Sequence record: OX016465
DNA length: 64,000 nucleotides
Direction: 5' to 3' (one strand)
From: Escherichia phage vB_Eco_Tribble
Below, piece by piece: positions 62,473 through 64,000 of this stretch. The translations under genes and the position numbers were made by a program. The notes under the pieces are model-generated. The model was not told the DNA's origin and made no database searches. It was given only the letters and a program-made list of their open reading frames with translations. Each line of letters begins with the position of its first letter. Positions within the stretch are counted from its first letter, which is position 1.

Positions 62473-62856
62473 ATGGCTTATCGTGCACCGAAATTCATCA
62501 ACAAAGACAACTTTCGCAACGTACTGGAGAAGTCACTTGATGAGAATTTCAAAGGCAATAAAATTGTTGTTCACTCATTTAATTTTAAATATGACATCAA
62601 CGGGAATAAAATCAACCATTACACGGCAACCATGATAGATGGTACACTCTCAAGCGAAAAAACCATACTGAATGCACTTGCAGGACGTGGAAAAAACCTG
62701 ATAAAATGCAATAAGAGACGTTATCAGGGTGGCGCATATGGTTATGATGATGCCATTTATCATCTTGAAAATATGGGCTATTCAGTAGAAAAAGTTGGAG
62801 TGCCGCAAATCATTGGTAGCGATGGTTATATAACTATCTTCAAAATTAACAAATAA
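62473..62856 (+). CDS. Hypothetical protein (cassette gene 2)
   Basis: 127 aa; preceded by repeat A and a GGAGA Shine-Dalgarno. Confidence 0.4.
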   Translation: MAYRAPKFINKDNFRNVLEKSLDENFKGNKIVVHSFNFKYDINGNKINHYTATMIDGTLSSEKTILNALAGRGKNLIKCNKRRYQGGAYGYDDAIYHLENMGYSVEKVGVPQIIGSDGYITIFKINK

Positions 62857-62942
62857 AGTACTTTACAGGGGGCTTAAAAGTTGATATCTTAAGCCCCAGA
62901 TAAAGAGCTTTACCACTAAATCCTAAATTGGAGAACTTAAAA
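62854..62942 (+). repeat. Conserved intergenic repeat B
   Basis: Near-identical to repeat A (same hairpin and flanks). Confidence 0.6.
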
Positions 62943-63233
62943 ATGGCTATTATCAAAAACGTTGTAATTACTGCAAAAACTCGTGATGATGCTCGCATTA
63001 TGGCTAAAAAGTTATGCGGTAAAGTTGTTGACAACGGAAAACAGTCTGCTGTAAGGTGGGGCGTGAAGGTTGATAAACAGTTGAAGTTAAAAAATTCACC
63101 AATAAACCTTTTTACATGTGTAAACACTATCGGGAAGACAAATATATACACGAAAAAGGCATATATTAGACGCGTAGCCTTAACCTCCCCCATTCGTACA
63201 ATGAGAGGTCATGCAAAGCTGAAAATTAACTAA
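62943..63233 (+). CDS. Hypothetical basic protein (cassette gene 3)
   Basis: Start reassigned to ATG 62943 (MAIIKNVV…) downstream of GGAGA; 96 aa. Confidence 0.4.
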   Translation: MAIIKNVVITAKTRDDARIMAKKLCGKVVDNGKQSAVRWGVKVDKQLKLKNSPINLFTCVNTIGKTNIYTKKAYIRRVALTSPIRTMRGHAKLKIN

Positions 63234-63321
63234 TAAAGTACTTTACAGGGGGCTTATAGTTCGATAAAGTAAGCCCCAGATAAAGAGCTTTACCACTAAA
63301 TCCTAAATTGGAGATTCTAAA
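63231..63321 (+). repeat. Conserved intergenic repeat C (same stem, different loop)
   Basis: Flanks identical to repeat B; hairpin GGGGCTTA-TAGTTCGATAAAG-TAAGCCCC keeps the stem while the loop differs. Confidence 0.6.
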
Positions 63322-63618
63322 ATGAAATTATCAAATAAAGTTCGTGAAAATCTGAGCAAGTTACTTAATAAAATTGATTTCATTGAAACATCAAGAAATA
63401 GCCACGACGTTATGGAATGGTTACACGGAAAAATTAAAGGACGTCGTGTAGTGATTTGCTTGTGGAATAGTTGCAGGGAGTATAAAAACCCTGTATTGCA
63501 AGTCAATATTTACGATGATACTTTTAAAAGTCCAGTAAAGTCTAAAAGTGACTTATTAGAATCCTATGAGATAACTGTAAGCGGCAAAGTATCACGTAAA
63601 GAGGAATCACCATGCTAA
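63322..63618 (+). CDS. Hypothetical protein (cassette gene 4)
   Basis: 98 aa; preceded by repeat C. Confidence 0.4.
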   Translation: MKLSNKVRENLSKLLNKIDFIETSRNSHDVMEWLHGKIKGRRVVICLWNSCREYKNPVLQVNIYDDTFKSPVKSKSDLLESYEITVSGKVSRKEESPC

Positions 63619-63944
63619 TGACTGGCATCACTGCAATTATTGCCATTTTCGCGCTCTATAAGGCATATAAAGCCTATAACCTAGCAAATAAGGCAATCAC
63701 GCAACAGGTCAATAATAGCCTTGTAATGAGCTTTCTGGAGCGTTTAAGTGATGAACAAATAAAACGGTTAGAAATGAGTTTCAGATTTCAATCGAGAACT
63801 TATCAAATCAGCGACATCTTTAAAGATGATTTTCAGTTAGTCGATGATTATAACTCTCTGATAAATGCTTTAAATATCAGTGACTTAAAAGACTACTACG
63901 CTGTAATTGTTCAAGAACTGAGCAAACGAAAAAATTTATCTTGA
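63612..63944 (+). CDS. Hypothetical protein with N-terminal hydrophobic segment (cassette gene 5)
   Basis: 110 aa; N-terminal ITAIIAIFALY hydrophobic stretch; overlaps the upstream stop. Confidence 0.35.
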   Translation: MLMTGITAIIAIFALYKAYKAYNLANKAITQQVNNSLVMSFLERLSDEQIKRLEMSFRFQSRTYQISDIFKDDFQLVDDYNSLINALNISDLKDYYAVIVQELSKRKNLS

Positions 63945-64000
63945 TTTTGATTTTAAAAACAAGTAAATTACTAATCAACGGGGAGGGAATGACCTTCCCC

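Noticed and set aside
62379-63321. Possible CRISPR array (three near-identical repeats)
   Set aside because: Repeats are about 90 bp and separated by 380-480 bp protein-coding genes with RBSs, not by short spacers; no cas genes.

Overview
The window reads as one contiguous, densely coding segment of a virulent tailed phage (myovirus-type) genome, AT-rich by eye, with no rRNA, tRNA or CRISPR array that I could recognise. Gene content recalled from memory resembles Felix O1-like myoviruses, but no search was run. Layout: (1) 1-19.5 kb, plus strand, late structural module: 5'-truncated S49 prohead protease/scaffold, gpD-like decoration protein, lambda E-like major capsid protein, neck proteins, tail sheath, tail tube, G/GT-type tail chaperone pair with a candidate -1 frameshift site, tape measure protein, Mu/P2-like baseplate (hub, V, W, J, I) and two tail-fibre genes with His-x-His C-terminal tips. 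(2) A bidirectional intrinsic terminator at about 19.52 kb. (3) 19.55-30.8 kb, minus strand: thymidylate synthase, dihydrofolate reductase, small early proteins including an XRE-type HTH protein, a secreted protein and a lipoprotein, ATP-dependent DNA ligase, and a family-A DNA polymerase interrupted inside polymerase motif B by a group I intron carrying an HNH endonuclease. (4) A divergent control region at 30.8-31.05 kb. (5) 31-61.7 kb, plus strand: T4 gp1-like dNMP kinase, T7 gp4-like primase-helicase, acidic-tailed SSB candidate, T7 gp6-like 5'-3' exonuclease, nrdA-nrdB-glutaredoxin, nrdD split by a second group I intron with an HNH endonuclease, nrdG, a free-standing HNH endonuclease, an adjacent Prs-like plus NAMPT-like pair (candidate NARP1-type NAD+ reconstitution), rIIA-rIIB, a signal-peptide lytic transglycosylase with an overlapping Rz/Rz1-like spanin pair, and a TARG1/DarG-like macrodomain protein. 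(6) 61.7-64 kb: an iteron-like direct-repeat array followed by a cassette of small genes, three of them each preceded by a conserved ~90 bp hairpin-containing repeat. The most unusual unexplained structure is a family of about 170-bp intergenic repeats at 23.1 and 24.4-24.66 kb whose plus strand is almost G-free with 5-nt periodic YYACC units. All functional calls rest on motif recognition by eye; no database search or alignment was possible.
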